This document shows positions 27,295-34,405 of a stretch of 64,000 nt of DNA, in pieces. The translations under genes were made by a program, and so were the position numbers. The notes below the pieces were generated by a model that did no database searches, was not told the DNA's origin, and was given only the letters and a program-made list of their open reading frames with translations. The stretch covers positions 75,242 to 139,241 of the forward strand of contig DASTXL010000001.1 of the NCBI GenBank assembly GCA_035758565.1, in the 5' to 3' direction. Numbering within the stretch: position 1 is the first letter of the stretch; each line of letters begins with the position of its first letter. The stretch is from Candidatus Saccharimonadales bacterium. GTDB taxonomy: Bacteria > Patescibacteriota > Saccharimonadia > Saccharimonadales > UBA10212.

Positions 27295-27569
27295 GAATTG
27301 AATTATACGCCAAACGCACGCTGGAATATGCGTCCAGTAATTTTCTTCAACTTAAAAAAGGACGCCGCTCTTTTCTCCTTCTGCTTTTCTAAAGCTCGAA
27401 GCAAATGCTCTACCTCACGATTTAGCCTAGGTCATTAGGGCAAAAGGTGCCGTGAGCGTATACTTATAAATAACTAGACGACTGCAACACTAAAAATCAG
27501 TTAGGGAGCGGATAAAGATTGTTGTTGGGCTAAGCCAAAATAGCAATCATAAAAGAAAGGACATCTCAA

Positions 27570-27665
27570 ATGTCTTTATTCCACACTTCTAACAACGACG
27601 CGCCAGAAACTAAGCCAGCCGAAGGCGCCGAAACACCAGAAACCACTACCGAAACCAAAGAGTAG
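27570..27665 (+). CDS. Candidate 31-codon ORF (MSLFHTSNNDAPETKPAEGAETPETTTETKE)
   Basis: Below the track threshold. GAAAGGA lies 8 nt upstream. Low-complexity acidic peptide. Speculative. Confidence 0.2.
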   Translation: MSLFHTSNNDAPETKPAEGAETPETTTETKE

Positions 27666-27741
27666 TCGGTATGTTGGGGAGCTTGGTTTTTAAGCCGGGC
27701 TCCCTGGTCCATAAATATTTAAGAAAGGTTTATTTAAGAAA

Positions 27742-28029
27742 ATGTCAGCTAAATTATTTGTAGGGTCATTACCCTTCAGCATCGACGACACCAAACTAAA
27801 GACTCTGTTTGAGGAGTTTGGAACGGTCGAATCGGCCAGAGTAATCATAGATCGCGATTCGGGCCAGTCAAAAGGCTTCGGTTTTGTAGAGATGAGCACC
27901 ACTGACGAAGCTCAGGCAGCCATAAAAGCAATGAATAGCAAAGATATCGATGGTAGAAATATCGTAGTGAACGTAGCTAAGCCGCAAGTAGATCGCCAAA
28001 ATTCCTTTGGCGGACGTGGGCGCTACTAA
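27742..28029 (+). CDS. RRM-type RNA-binding protein
   Basis: KLFVGSLPF (RNP2) and KGFGFVEM (RNP1). Confidence 0.92.
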   Translation: MSAKLFVGSLPFSIDDTKLKTLFEEFGTVESARVIIDRDSGQSKGFGFVEMSTTDEAQAAIKAMNSKDIDGRNIVVNVAKPQVDRQNSFGGRGRY

Positions 28030-28232
28030 AGTGTCCAAAGATCGCGGTCGCAAAGAGGTCAAAAAACCAAAGAAAGCTTAAGCTAAAAGACTAGCCAGGA
28101 GTCGGGCTGGTAAAATTATTCAACTTATGCTAAAATAAGCTCTAAGTTGTTTTAAGAATCCAGGTTTAGTTTTTCTCTCCATGGCTTTTTATAGCAATTC
28201 AAGAGTTAACTAAATAAAGGGATTCTTTTTAT

Positions 28233-29432
28233 ATGTATAAAAATTCTAGATCCGGCGCCGGCCGCCGCTCCGGCTATACCGTATATAGCAGCAAAAACCA
28301 TCGCCCGCCGAAAAACCGCTCCAAAGGGCAGGTTATTGATCCGGCCAGATTTATTAAAGCCGCCACCGCCAGCGAACAGATAGATTACGTAGCCACTAAT
28401 AGCTTTGATGATTTTGCTATGCACCCGTTACTTAAAGCCAATGTAACAAGCAAGGGCTACAAAGCGCCTTCTGAAATCCAAGATAAAACAATTGCTATAG
28501 GACTTGCCGGCAAGAACGTGGTTGGCGTAGCCGATACGGGCACCGGCAAAACCGCCGCTTTTGCGTTGCCGGTTTTAAACAACCTAATGCGCCGCCCAGG
28601 CAGCAACGCCATAATCATCGCGCCAACCCGCGAGCTGGCTATTCAGATAGAAGAGCAGTGCGTGCTTTTGAGCAAAAACAGCGGCATAAAAATGGCCACG
28701 CTGATTGGTGGAATGCCAATGGGCCGCCAGATACATTCATTGCGAATCGGCGCGCGCCTGATAATTGGCACGCCGGGCCGCATCAAAGACCACTTAAATC
28801 AAGGTACTCTGAATCTAGCTTTCTGCGACATGGTTGTTCTGGATGAAGTGGACCGTATGCTAGACATGGGCTTTTTACCAGACGTGCGTACGATACTCGG
28901 TGAGCTGCCCGGGGAGCATCAGGCCTACTTCTTCAGTGCCACGCTAAGCAACGAAATAAAGAACCTGATAAATACTTTTTGTCACGATCCGGAATATGTA
29001 GACGTAAAAGGCGGAGAAACTAGCGCCAACGTGCACCAAGACGTGGTGCGCTATTCCGGCAAAGAAGAAAAAATTGAGCTACTACACGAAGAGCTGATCA
29101 AAGAAGGCAACACCAAGACGATCGTCTTCGGCAAAACCAAATATGGTGTAGAGCGTCTGGCTAAGGAGCTCGTGGCTCGCGGCTTTAAGGCCGAATCTAT
29201 CCACGGCGGCAAAACTCAAGGCCAGCGCAAGCGCGCGCTAGAAGCCTTTCGTCAAGATAGATCAAACATTTTGGTAGCGACAGACGTCGCGGCTCGCGGC
29301 ATAGACGTAAAAGATATTTCGCACGTTATCAACTACGATACGCCGCAAACTTACGATGATTACGTGCACCGCATCGGTCGTGCCGGCCGGGCCGGACGGG
29401 CCGGCCACGCCCTGACGTTTGTCGAGCGGTAA
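28233..29432 (+). CDS. DEAD-box ATP-dependent RNA helicase
   Basis: Q-motif region, ADTGTGKTAAF, PTRELA, DEVD, SAT, HRIGRAGRAG. Basic N-terminal extension. Confidence 0.93.
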   Translation: MYKNSRSGAGRRSGYTVYSSKNHRPPKNRSKGQVIDPARFIKAATASEQIDYVATNSFDDFAMHPLLKANVTSKGYKAPSEIQDKTIAIGLAGKNVVGVADTGTGKTAAFALPVLNNLMRRPGSNAIIIAPTRELAIQIEEQCVLLSKNSGIKMATLIGGMPMGRQIHSLRIGARLIIGTPGRIKDHLNQGTLNLAFCDMVVLDEVDRMLDMGFLPDVRTILGELPGEHQAYFFSATLSNEIKNLINTFCHDPEYVDVKGGETSANVHQDVVRYSGKEEKIELLHEELIKEGNTKTIVFGKTKYGVERLAKELVARGFKAESIHGGKTQGQRKRALEAFRQDRSNILVATDVAARGIDVKDISHVINYDTPQTYDDYVHRIGRAGRAGRAGHALTFVER

Positions 29433-29433
29433 T

Positions 29434-30414
29434 TCAGGATTTTTCCAGCAGGTTTAAGACGCAGTGTTCGTCGGCGGTGAAGTATTGGGCGCGACGCAGT
29501 TTGCTGACTGCTTCGCGGACTTTATATAAATCATTACTGACTACGTAAGCGTGTATGACGCGCGGATCGATATAGCTGGCGCGGGCGATGGCCGGCGTGT
29601 TGCCTAGCCTTTGAGCCACCTTTTTAACACACTCGGTCACGGCTTTCTTGCGCTCTCGCTCGTGCCTTGAGCGTTCAGTTTGCGCCAGTTCAATGCTGGC
29701 CAGCAGCGTGCCGCCCCAAGTGCGAAAATCCTTGGCGGAAAATTCTTCGCCCATGATCTCTTTGATGTATTCATTGACATCGCCGCTATGGATATCCTTT
29801 AATTCACCATTTTCATCAATGTATTTAAAAATTTCATAGCCTGGCAACTCGTCCAATTGTTTGACTATACGGGCCAACCGCTTATCTGTGACCTTCTTAA
29901 GGTTTTCCTGGCCGCTTTTGCCCACAAAATCAAAGACAATAGTATCGCCTTTAACTTCAGTGTGCTTGGAGCGCAGGGTAGTCAGGCCATAGTGCTGATT
30001 TTCTTTGGCGTATTCTTCGTTGCCAACCCGAAAGTAAGCTTTATCCATCAATTGGACAATGCAAGCTAGGATTTTCTCGCGAGGCAAACCAGGAAGCCTC
30101 AAATGCTCATCGGTAACGCGGCGCATTTTGGGCAGCGCCCGGGCAAATCGCAGAATTCTCTCGAACTTTTCCTTTTCCTGGCGGGCCCGGAACTTGACGT
30201 TATAAATGTATTGCAACCGCCCGGCTTTATCTACTCCTGTCGCCACAATTTTAGCGTTATGGCTGGCGGCAATCTTCACGTCTTTCCAGGCCGGTGGTAT
30301 GGCCAAGGATTTAAAGTAGGCCAACTCTGCTTTGGCGGTAACTTGCCGCCCATCATGAAAATAGCGGAACGACCTGGTTCCGGTCCGCTGCCGCTCGATA
30401 TAGCGCTTAGACAT
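29434..30414 (-). CDS. DNA topoisomerase IB (poxvirus-like bacterial type)
   Basis: FRYFHDGRQV..., GLTTLR, AKDFRTWGGT, LGNTPAIARASYIDPRV (catalytic Tyr context). TATAAT lies 7 nt before the ATG. Confidence 0.85.
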   Translation of the reverse strand: MSKRYIERQRTGTRSFRYFHDGRQVTAKAELAYFKSLAIPPAWKDVKIAASHNAKIVATGVDKAGRLQYIYNVKFRARQEKEKFERILRFARALPKMRRVTDEHLRLPGLPREKILACIVQLMDKAYFRVGNEEYAKENQHYGLTTLRSKHTEVKGDTIVFDFVGKSGQENLKKVTDKRLARIVKQLDELPGYEIFKYIDENGELKDIHSGDVNEYIKEIMGEEFSAKDFRTWGGTLLASIELAQTERSRHERERKKAVTECVKKVAQRLGNTPAIARASYIDPRVIHAYVVSNDLYKVREAVSKLRRAQYFTADEHCVLNLLEKS

Positions 30415-30448
30415 AACAGAAATTATACGACGAAAACCAAGCAGACGG

Positions 30449-30925
30449 TTAGGCTGATGGATCTAACTCGTCATCTTTAACCACGTGTAGCAAGCGGCGC
30501 AAAGATTGGTGACCAACGTTCCGAGCTTTATCGTCGGCAATTGGCCATGTTTGTGTCCATTCCCTTGTGGTGGGCGATTGGGCGTACCAAAGTTCGTCGG
30601 AAGCTCCCCGTTCACGCTTCATGCTGGTCAAGGCCGCCTCGTATTCTTGATTAAGTTCATCTAAGCTCAAACCCAAATAAATGCCTAACTTATAAATGCC
30701 TTCGATTAAGCTTCGGCGCTCTAGTGCGTTGACAAGCTCGACAGCGTATGCGAATTCGCCCGGCAGGCTTTTTCTGAACTCCGCCGCGGTTTCTCCGCTG
30801 CTTGCAACCTCCTCCGGCGCAGGCGGGTCAACTGGCTTTAAATGTCTTTCACCTTTGTGGTCCATAAAACCATCGTAGGCGCTATTTAAGGATAAGAAAA
30901 TGAAGATGGTCACAGTAGCGAACAA
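30449..30925 (-). CDS. Hypothetical protein (possible N-terminal membrane anchor)
   Basis: A TTG start at 30925 gives the hydrophobic N-terminus FATVTIFIFLSL. An alternative ATG at 30865 would remove it. No family recognised. Confidence 0.4.
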   Translation of the reverse strand: MFATVTIFIFLSLNSAYDGFMDHKGERHLKPVDPPAPEEVASSGETAAEFRKSLPGEFAYAVELVNALERRSLIEGIYKLGIYLGLSLDELNQEYEAALTSMKRERGASDELWYAQSPTTREWTQTWPIADDKARNVGHQSLRRLLHVVKDDELDPSA

Positions 30926-30938
30926 TCATGGGCGGGTT

Positions 30939-31673
30939 TTAAACCAAAGACCGGTAGCGGAGGCGTTGGAATATAAAGTGGCCGATAGTGCCCAAGACAG
31001 TAGCCAGCCCGCCGATCGCTAATACATCACCCGGGCCGGTATTTGGCAAAGATTTGCCCGAAAAACTATTATTTTCGTTTTGGGCTGGAGCAGATGACGA
31101 CGTGTTGGCGTTTGCTGGAGCAGGATTAGCAGAAGTTTGACTGGTTTCATTAGCGGGGCTGCCGCTACCGGTTAAGTTTACAGTTGCGTTGGCTGTGGCG
31201 TTAGATGTGGCGTTGGCCGACGAAGTCGAAGAGGGGTTGGGCGTTTGCGGAGACGGTGTCGGTACATTGTTATTCATATTGTTGTTCTGGTTGTTATTGT
31301 TATTACCGCTCTGGTTTTGGCTGTTGCCGCTTGATGGACAACTATTGCTGGTGCCGAAAGGATTAGAAGATCCGCTGGCTATTTGACCTTTTAGGTCGCT
31401 GGTGGAATTTATATTACCGATATTCGCTGGATTGACCCAGCCTTGACGATAAGGCGTGCCGCCGGGGCTTTGCTTAATCACCGCCCCTGTGCAGGTTATC
31501 GTCATGGTCGACCCATCAGCAGGATAAAAAACTTTACTTATTGATGCGCCGCCGCCATAAGGCGGCACCTGATTGCCGCTTGAGCTGTCCGACATAGCGC
31601 TTACACCGGCGCCAATCATCAAACTAGAGGCTATTAATCCTAGAGCCGTTGCTTTCTTGATGTGTTTTAGCAT
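30939..31673 (-). CDS. LPXTG-anchored surface protein, S/N/Q-rich
   Basis: Signal peptide MLKHIKKATALGLIASSLMIGAGVSAMS. C-terminal LPNTG, hydrophobic stretch and RLRYR tail. ATG at 31673 follows GGGGGA. Confidence 0.75.
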   Translation of the reverse strand: MLKHIKKATALGLIASSLMIGAGVSAMSDSSSGNQVPPYGGGASISKVFYPADGSTMTITCTGAVIKQSPGGTPYRQGWVNPANIGNINSTSDLKGQIASGSSNPFGTSNSCPSSGNSQNQSGNNNNNQNNNMNNNVPTPSPQTPNPSSTSSANATSNATANATVNLTGSGSPANETSQTSANPAPANANTSSSAPAQNENNSFSGKSLPNTGPGDVLAIGGLATVLGTIGHFIFQRLRYRSLV

Positions 31674-31784
31674 TGAGTCCCCCAATCCCTTACTGGTTCA
31701 AGTTAGCTTAATACCTGGAACGTGTCGGTTAATTTGGCGACAATTTGAATACCAAAAACATCACAACTGCGATAGCTTAAGCAG

Positions 31785-31813
31785 TTTACATATAGGCGAT
31801 AAAATTGTATAAT
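31785..31813 (+). promoter_or_regulatory. Sigma70-like promoter candidate for the islet-C gene
   Basis: TTTACA-17 nt-TATAAT in AT-rich DNA, about 75 nt upstream of the ATG. Confidence 0.45.
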
Positions 31814-31888
31814 TTGCGCTAGTTCAGGGAAGATTTTTCTGGAAGGGGCGCCTTATCGCGTCCGAATACAATTCATTGGAGGTCAGCT

Positions 31889-32497
31889 ATGACCGAGGCC
31901 ATCCATTGGGCGGCCAAGCGTCTGGACGACACCCGCGTGGCCTGGATCCTCGCGGCACTCGCTGCCGCGGTGTTCATCGAGGCCGCCGGAGCAGAGCTGG
32001 GGCAGCTCAAGTGGTCCTACTTCGACTGGGGCCAGCTGCTCGCCTTCGGCTTCGTCACCGCAGCAGTGGTGGTGGGCGCCGAGACGATGAAGGAGGAGAT
32101 GTACAAGCTCTTCAAGGCCGTCACGGTCGTGGCGATGACCCTGTTCGTCGTCGACGTGTTCGTCGAGAACGGCTCGCGCTTCCCCGGGCTGCGCCTGGGG
32201 TGGCTGTGGCTGGTGCTGGCGGTCTTCACCGTCTGGATGTGGTTCATGATCGACATGGACCGCGATCCGCAAGTGACACCGCCCGGAAGGAGTCTCTACT
32301 TCTACCCCGCGGCTCGTCGGCTGGCGGTGACGGTTCTCGCCGGGGCGATCATCTTCGGCGTCGGCCTGCTGGCGATCTTCCACTCGTGGAAGGGTCTCGG
32401 GGTGGTTGCGTTCATCGAGATCCTGTCGGCCGTCGTGCTGGCGGAGCTCTACAGGGCCTCACCACGCGAGCGTGTCGGCCAATCCGTCGTCACCTGA
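31889..32497 (+). CDS. Hypothetical ~6-TM membrane protein (high-G+C islet C)
   Basis: GGAGG lies 6 nt before the ATG. GC3-rich codons. Hydrophobic helices throughout. RFPGL motif. No family recognised. Confidence 0.65.
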   Translation: MTEAIHWAAKRLDDTRVAWILAALAAAVFIEAAGAELGQLKWSYFDWGQLLAFGFVTAAVVVGAETMKEEMYKLFKAVTVVAMTLFVVDVFVENGSRFPGLRLGWLWLVLAVFTVWMWFMIDMDRDPQVTPPGRSLYFYPAARRLAVTVLAGAIIFGVGLLAIFHSWKGLGVVAFIEILSAVVLAELYRASPRERVGQSVVT

Positions 32498-32505
32498 ACG
32501 AAAGA

Positions 32506-32544
32506 GGGCCGCCCCGCATGCCCTCACCGGCTGCGGGGCGGCCC
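32506..32544 (+). terminator. 12-bp GC hairpin after the islet-C gene
   Basis: gggccgccccgc-15 nt-gcggggcggccc. No U-tract. Confidence 0.55.
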
Positions 32545-32664
32545 TCCGCTCACAACTATTAGCTTGTGTAGGTTAAGCACACTTTTATCCACACGCTAAC
32601 CACAATTATTAAGGAGTTATATAAACATAAGCGTTTTAAGAAGTTAAATCGTTGTTTTTTATTG

Positions 32665-32693
32665 TTGACACCAAAAGCGGAGAGGAATATAAA
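32665..32693 (+). promoter_or_regulatory. Promoter candidate in the AT-rich spacer between islets C and D
   Basis: TTGACA-17 nt-TATAAA. Confidence 0.35.
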
Positions 32694-32699
32694 TATAAG

Positions 32700-32808
32700 T
32701 GTCACTGTGAGGTGACAAAGCCAAGTACCAATTTATTGGCAACTGGCTCGGTAAACATCCCTCGTGGATGTTTACCACCCAAGAAACGAGCTTTCGGGCT
32801 CGTTTTTT
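32700..32808 (+). ncRNA. Candidate ~110-nt small RNA (promoter + hairpins + intrinsic terminator)
   Basis: Hairpins gtcac/gtgac (32701-32716) and ggtaaacatcc/ggatgtttacc (32750-32776). Terminator aaacgagc-tttcgg-gctcgttt + TTT (32784-32808). No family recognised. Confidence 0.3.
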
Positions 32809-32824
32809 GTTTGCTCTGCCGATA

Positions 32825-32853
32825 TTGAAAACTACAGATATTTATGATATAAA
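32825..32853 (+). promoter_or_regulatory. Sigma70-like promoter candidate for the islet-D gene
   Basis: TTGAAA-17 nt-TATAAA in AT-rich DNA upstream of the composition shift. Confidence 0.4.
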
Positions 32854-32917
32854 TTGCTCCGTGCACTCGGTACATACTGAGGCAAGACCTACGTCCCCGT
32901 CCAAAGGAGGCTTTTCG

Positions 32918-33538
32918 GTGCCGTATCGCAAGAAGTCGCTTGCGGACCGCCTAACGGCGGCCCTCGAGCAGGAGTGGATGCCGCTGACCCTGCTGATCGT
33001 CGCCATCTTGGCGTCGGTCGCCGCGGCGACGGCCCACCAGCACGTGCGTTTGCACCACGTCTGGTTCGTTCACCTGACTCCCGACGTGCTGAACTACGGC
33101 ACGCCGGTCGGGACCATGCTTGTCTGCCTGGCCGCCTTCGCGGCGGCCTTTCAGACGAAGTACTCGAACCTGCTGGTCATCGCGGCAGTATCGGCGATCA
33201 TGGGCGCATCGCTGCCCAACTCGCACCGCTTCCCGGGCCTGCACGCCAGCCACGACTGGTACTTGGTCGCCCTCGCGGCGATCATCTTCTACCTCGTGGC
33301 GGCACTGCAGAACTGGAAGGGTGTGAACTTCCAGCACAAGCGCGCTGATCGCGTGACGATCTACGCGATGGCGTGCGTGGCGGTGTCGGCCCTGATCTAC
33401 CAGAACACCACCTGGGCTCTGCACGGGTGGTTCGCACTGACGATGGTCCTGATGTTCATGTGGCGCCTCTCGGTGCCGCGCTACTCGCGCGACCACAAGC
33501 TCGACAAGGCCACCGTGAAGCAGTTCAGCGGAACGTAG
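32918..33538 (+). CDS. Hypothetical ~6-TM membrane protein (high-G+C islet D), possible paralog of the islet-C protein
   Basis: GTG at 32918 lies 7 nt after AAGGAGG. The track ATG at 32768 would read through a terminator and AT-rich DNA. RFPGL and WKG motifs are shared with the islet-C protein. Confidence 0.65.
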   Translation: MPYRKKSLADRLTAALEQEWMPLTLLIVAILASVAAATAHQHVRLHHVWFVHLTPDVLNYGTPVGTMLVCLAAFAAAFQTKYSNLLVIAAVSAIMGASLPNSHRFPGLHASHDWYLVALAAIIFYLVAALQNWKGVNFQHKRADRVTIYAMACVAVSALIYQNTTWALHGWFALTMVLMFMWRLSVPRYSRDHKLDKATVKQFSGT

Positions 33539-33542
33539 GTCG

Positions 33543-33570
33543 AAGCCGGGCCCCCTCAAGGGCCCGGCTT
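33543..33570 (+). terminator. 11-bp GC hairpin after the islet-D gene
   Basis: aagccgggccc-cctcaa-gggcccggctt. Confidence 0.55.
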
Positions 33571-33753
33571 TAGACCAGTTTTATAGCTAAAATTCAAGTT
33601 GATTTACTGGGGTCATTTGGCTTATGATTATAGAGGCTAAACAAAAAGCCAAAAGTACACCTCACAAAAAAGCGGGAATAAACCTCCCGCTTTTCTCGCT
33701 ATTAGGGCCAAAATTCAATTGGTTCTCAGCTTGGTATTGTTAAACTAACACTT

Positions 33754-34218
33754 ATGAAGAAGACGGCCGTTATCATCATAACCATCGCTCTACTGGGGTT
33801 AATTGGCATTTACGAAAAGACTCATGCCAGCACACACGAACTAGTCTCGCCGTCGCAAACAGAGGCAGCAACCATGATGAATAAATCAAGAATATCTTCT
33901 ATTAGCTCCAATACAACTTCAACCGTCAGCTACAAGGACGGTACATATACTGGCGATAGCGAATCTACTCCTTACGGCCAGGTACAAATTGCCGTGGTGA
34001 TTAACGGTGGCAAAATAACCAACGTTAATTTTTTGCAAATGCCCAACGATCAACGCGAATCTGAGCAACGAACTATCTATAGTGAACCGCTACTTAAACA
34101 AACAGCTATTGATAAACAGAGTGCCAACATTGATTTTGTAAGCGGTGCTACAAGTACTAGCGAAGGTTACCAGCAATCCCTCCAGTCGGCTCTCGATCAA
34201 GCCGCTAGATCGACGTAG
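33754..34218 (+). CDS. Membrane-anchored FMN-binding domain protein (ApbE flavinylation substrate type)
   Basis: N-terminal TM. C-terminal IDFVSGATSTSEGY matches the D-x-x-SGAT-S/T flavinylation motif of FMN_bind domains. TAAACT lies 7 nt before the ATG. Confidence 0.8.
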   Translation: MKKTAVIIITIALLGLIGIYEKTHASTHELVSPSQTEAATMMNKSRISSISSNTTSTVSYKDGTYTGDSESTPYGQVQIAVVINGGKITNVNFLQMPNDQRESEQRTIYSEPLLKQTAIDKQSANIDFVSGATSTSEGYQQSLQSALDQAARST

Positions 34219-34405
34219 CGCCTGCACCTGCCAGCCGGCGGAGCCGGCTGCACCGCTCATGCTTCTGCCGACTCTGCTACGTTATTGTCTCCGATACTCC
34301 CTCACCGTATTTCAATACGGTTCGGTCTGTTTCTCGACAAAGCCTTGCATAGCCGGCAGCTACGCCAATCTAATAAATCTGAGACAAGAAAGGTAAAATA
34401 AATTT

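Noticed and set aside
27361-27470. Possible third full copy of the two-hairpin repeat in the 27.3-27.5 kb spacer
   Set aside because: Only short fragments match (gctcttttc..., gggcaaaaggtgcc) and they occur in the wrong order for a collinear copy. At best these are degenerate debris.
30436-30453. caagcagac 9-mer resembling the islet-B terminal repeat
   Set aside because: Only 9 of 14 nt match, there is no partner repeat and no composition shift. Most likely chance.
32768-32917. ATG 32768 as the start of the islet-D protein (track ORF of 256 aa)
   Set aside because: It would translate through a hairpin, an intrinsic terminator and an AT-rich promoter. GTG 32918 with AAGGAGG 7 nt upstream coincides with the composition shift.
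31876-33573. Alternative-frame ORFs in islets C and D (31876-32562, 31883-32383, 32017-32256, 32951-33559, 32974-33348, 33120-33326, 33373-33573)
   Set aside because: Arg/Gly/Pro-rich translations typical of off-frame reading of high-G+C genes. The chosen frames give coherent TM helices and have SDs.
34145-34396. 83-aa ORF in the FMN_bind-ApbE spacer
   Set aside because: It overlaps the end of the FMN-binding gene, runs through hairpins and has a Cys/Leu/Pro-rich non-protein-like sequence. It was considered as a lost ApbE N-terminus, but it is in a different frame and has no signal-peptide character.
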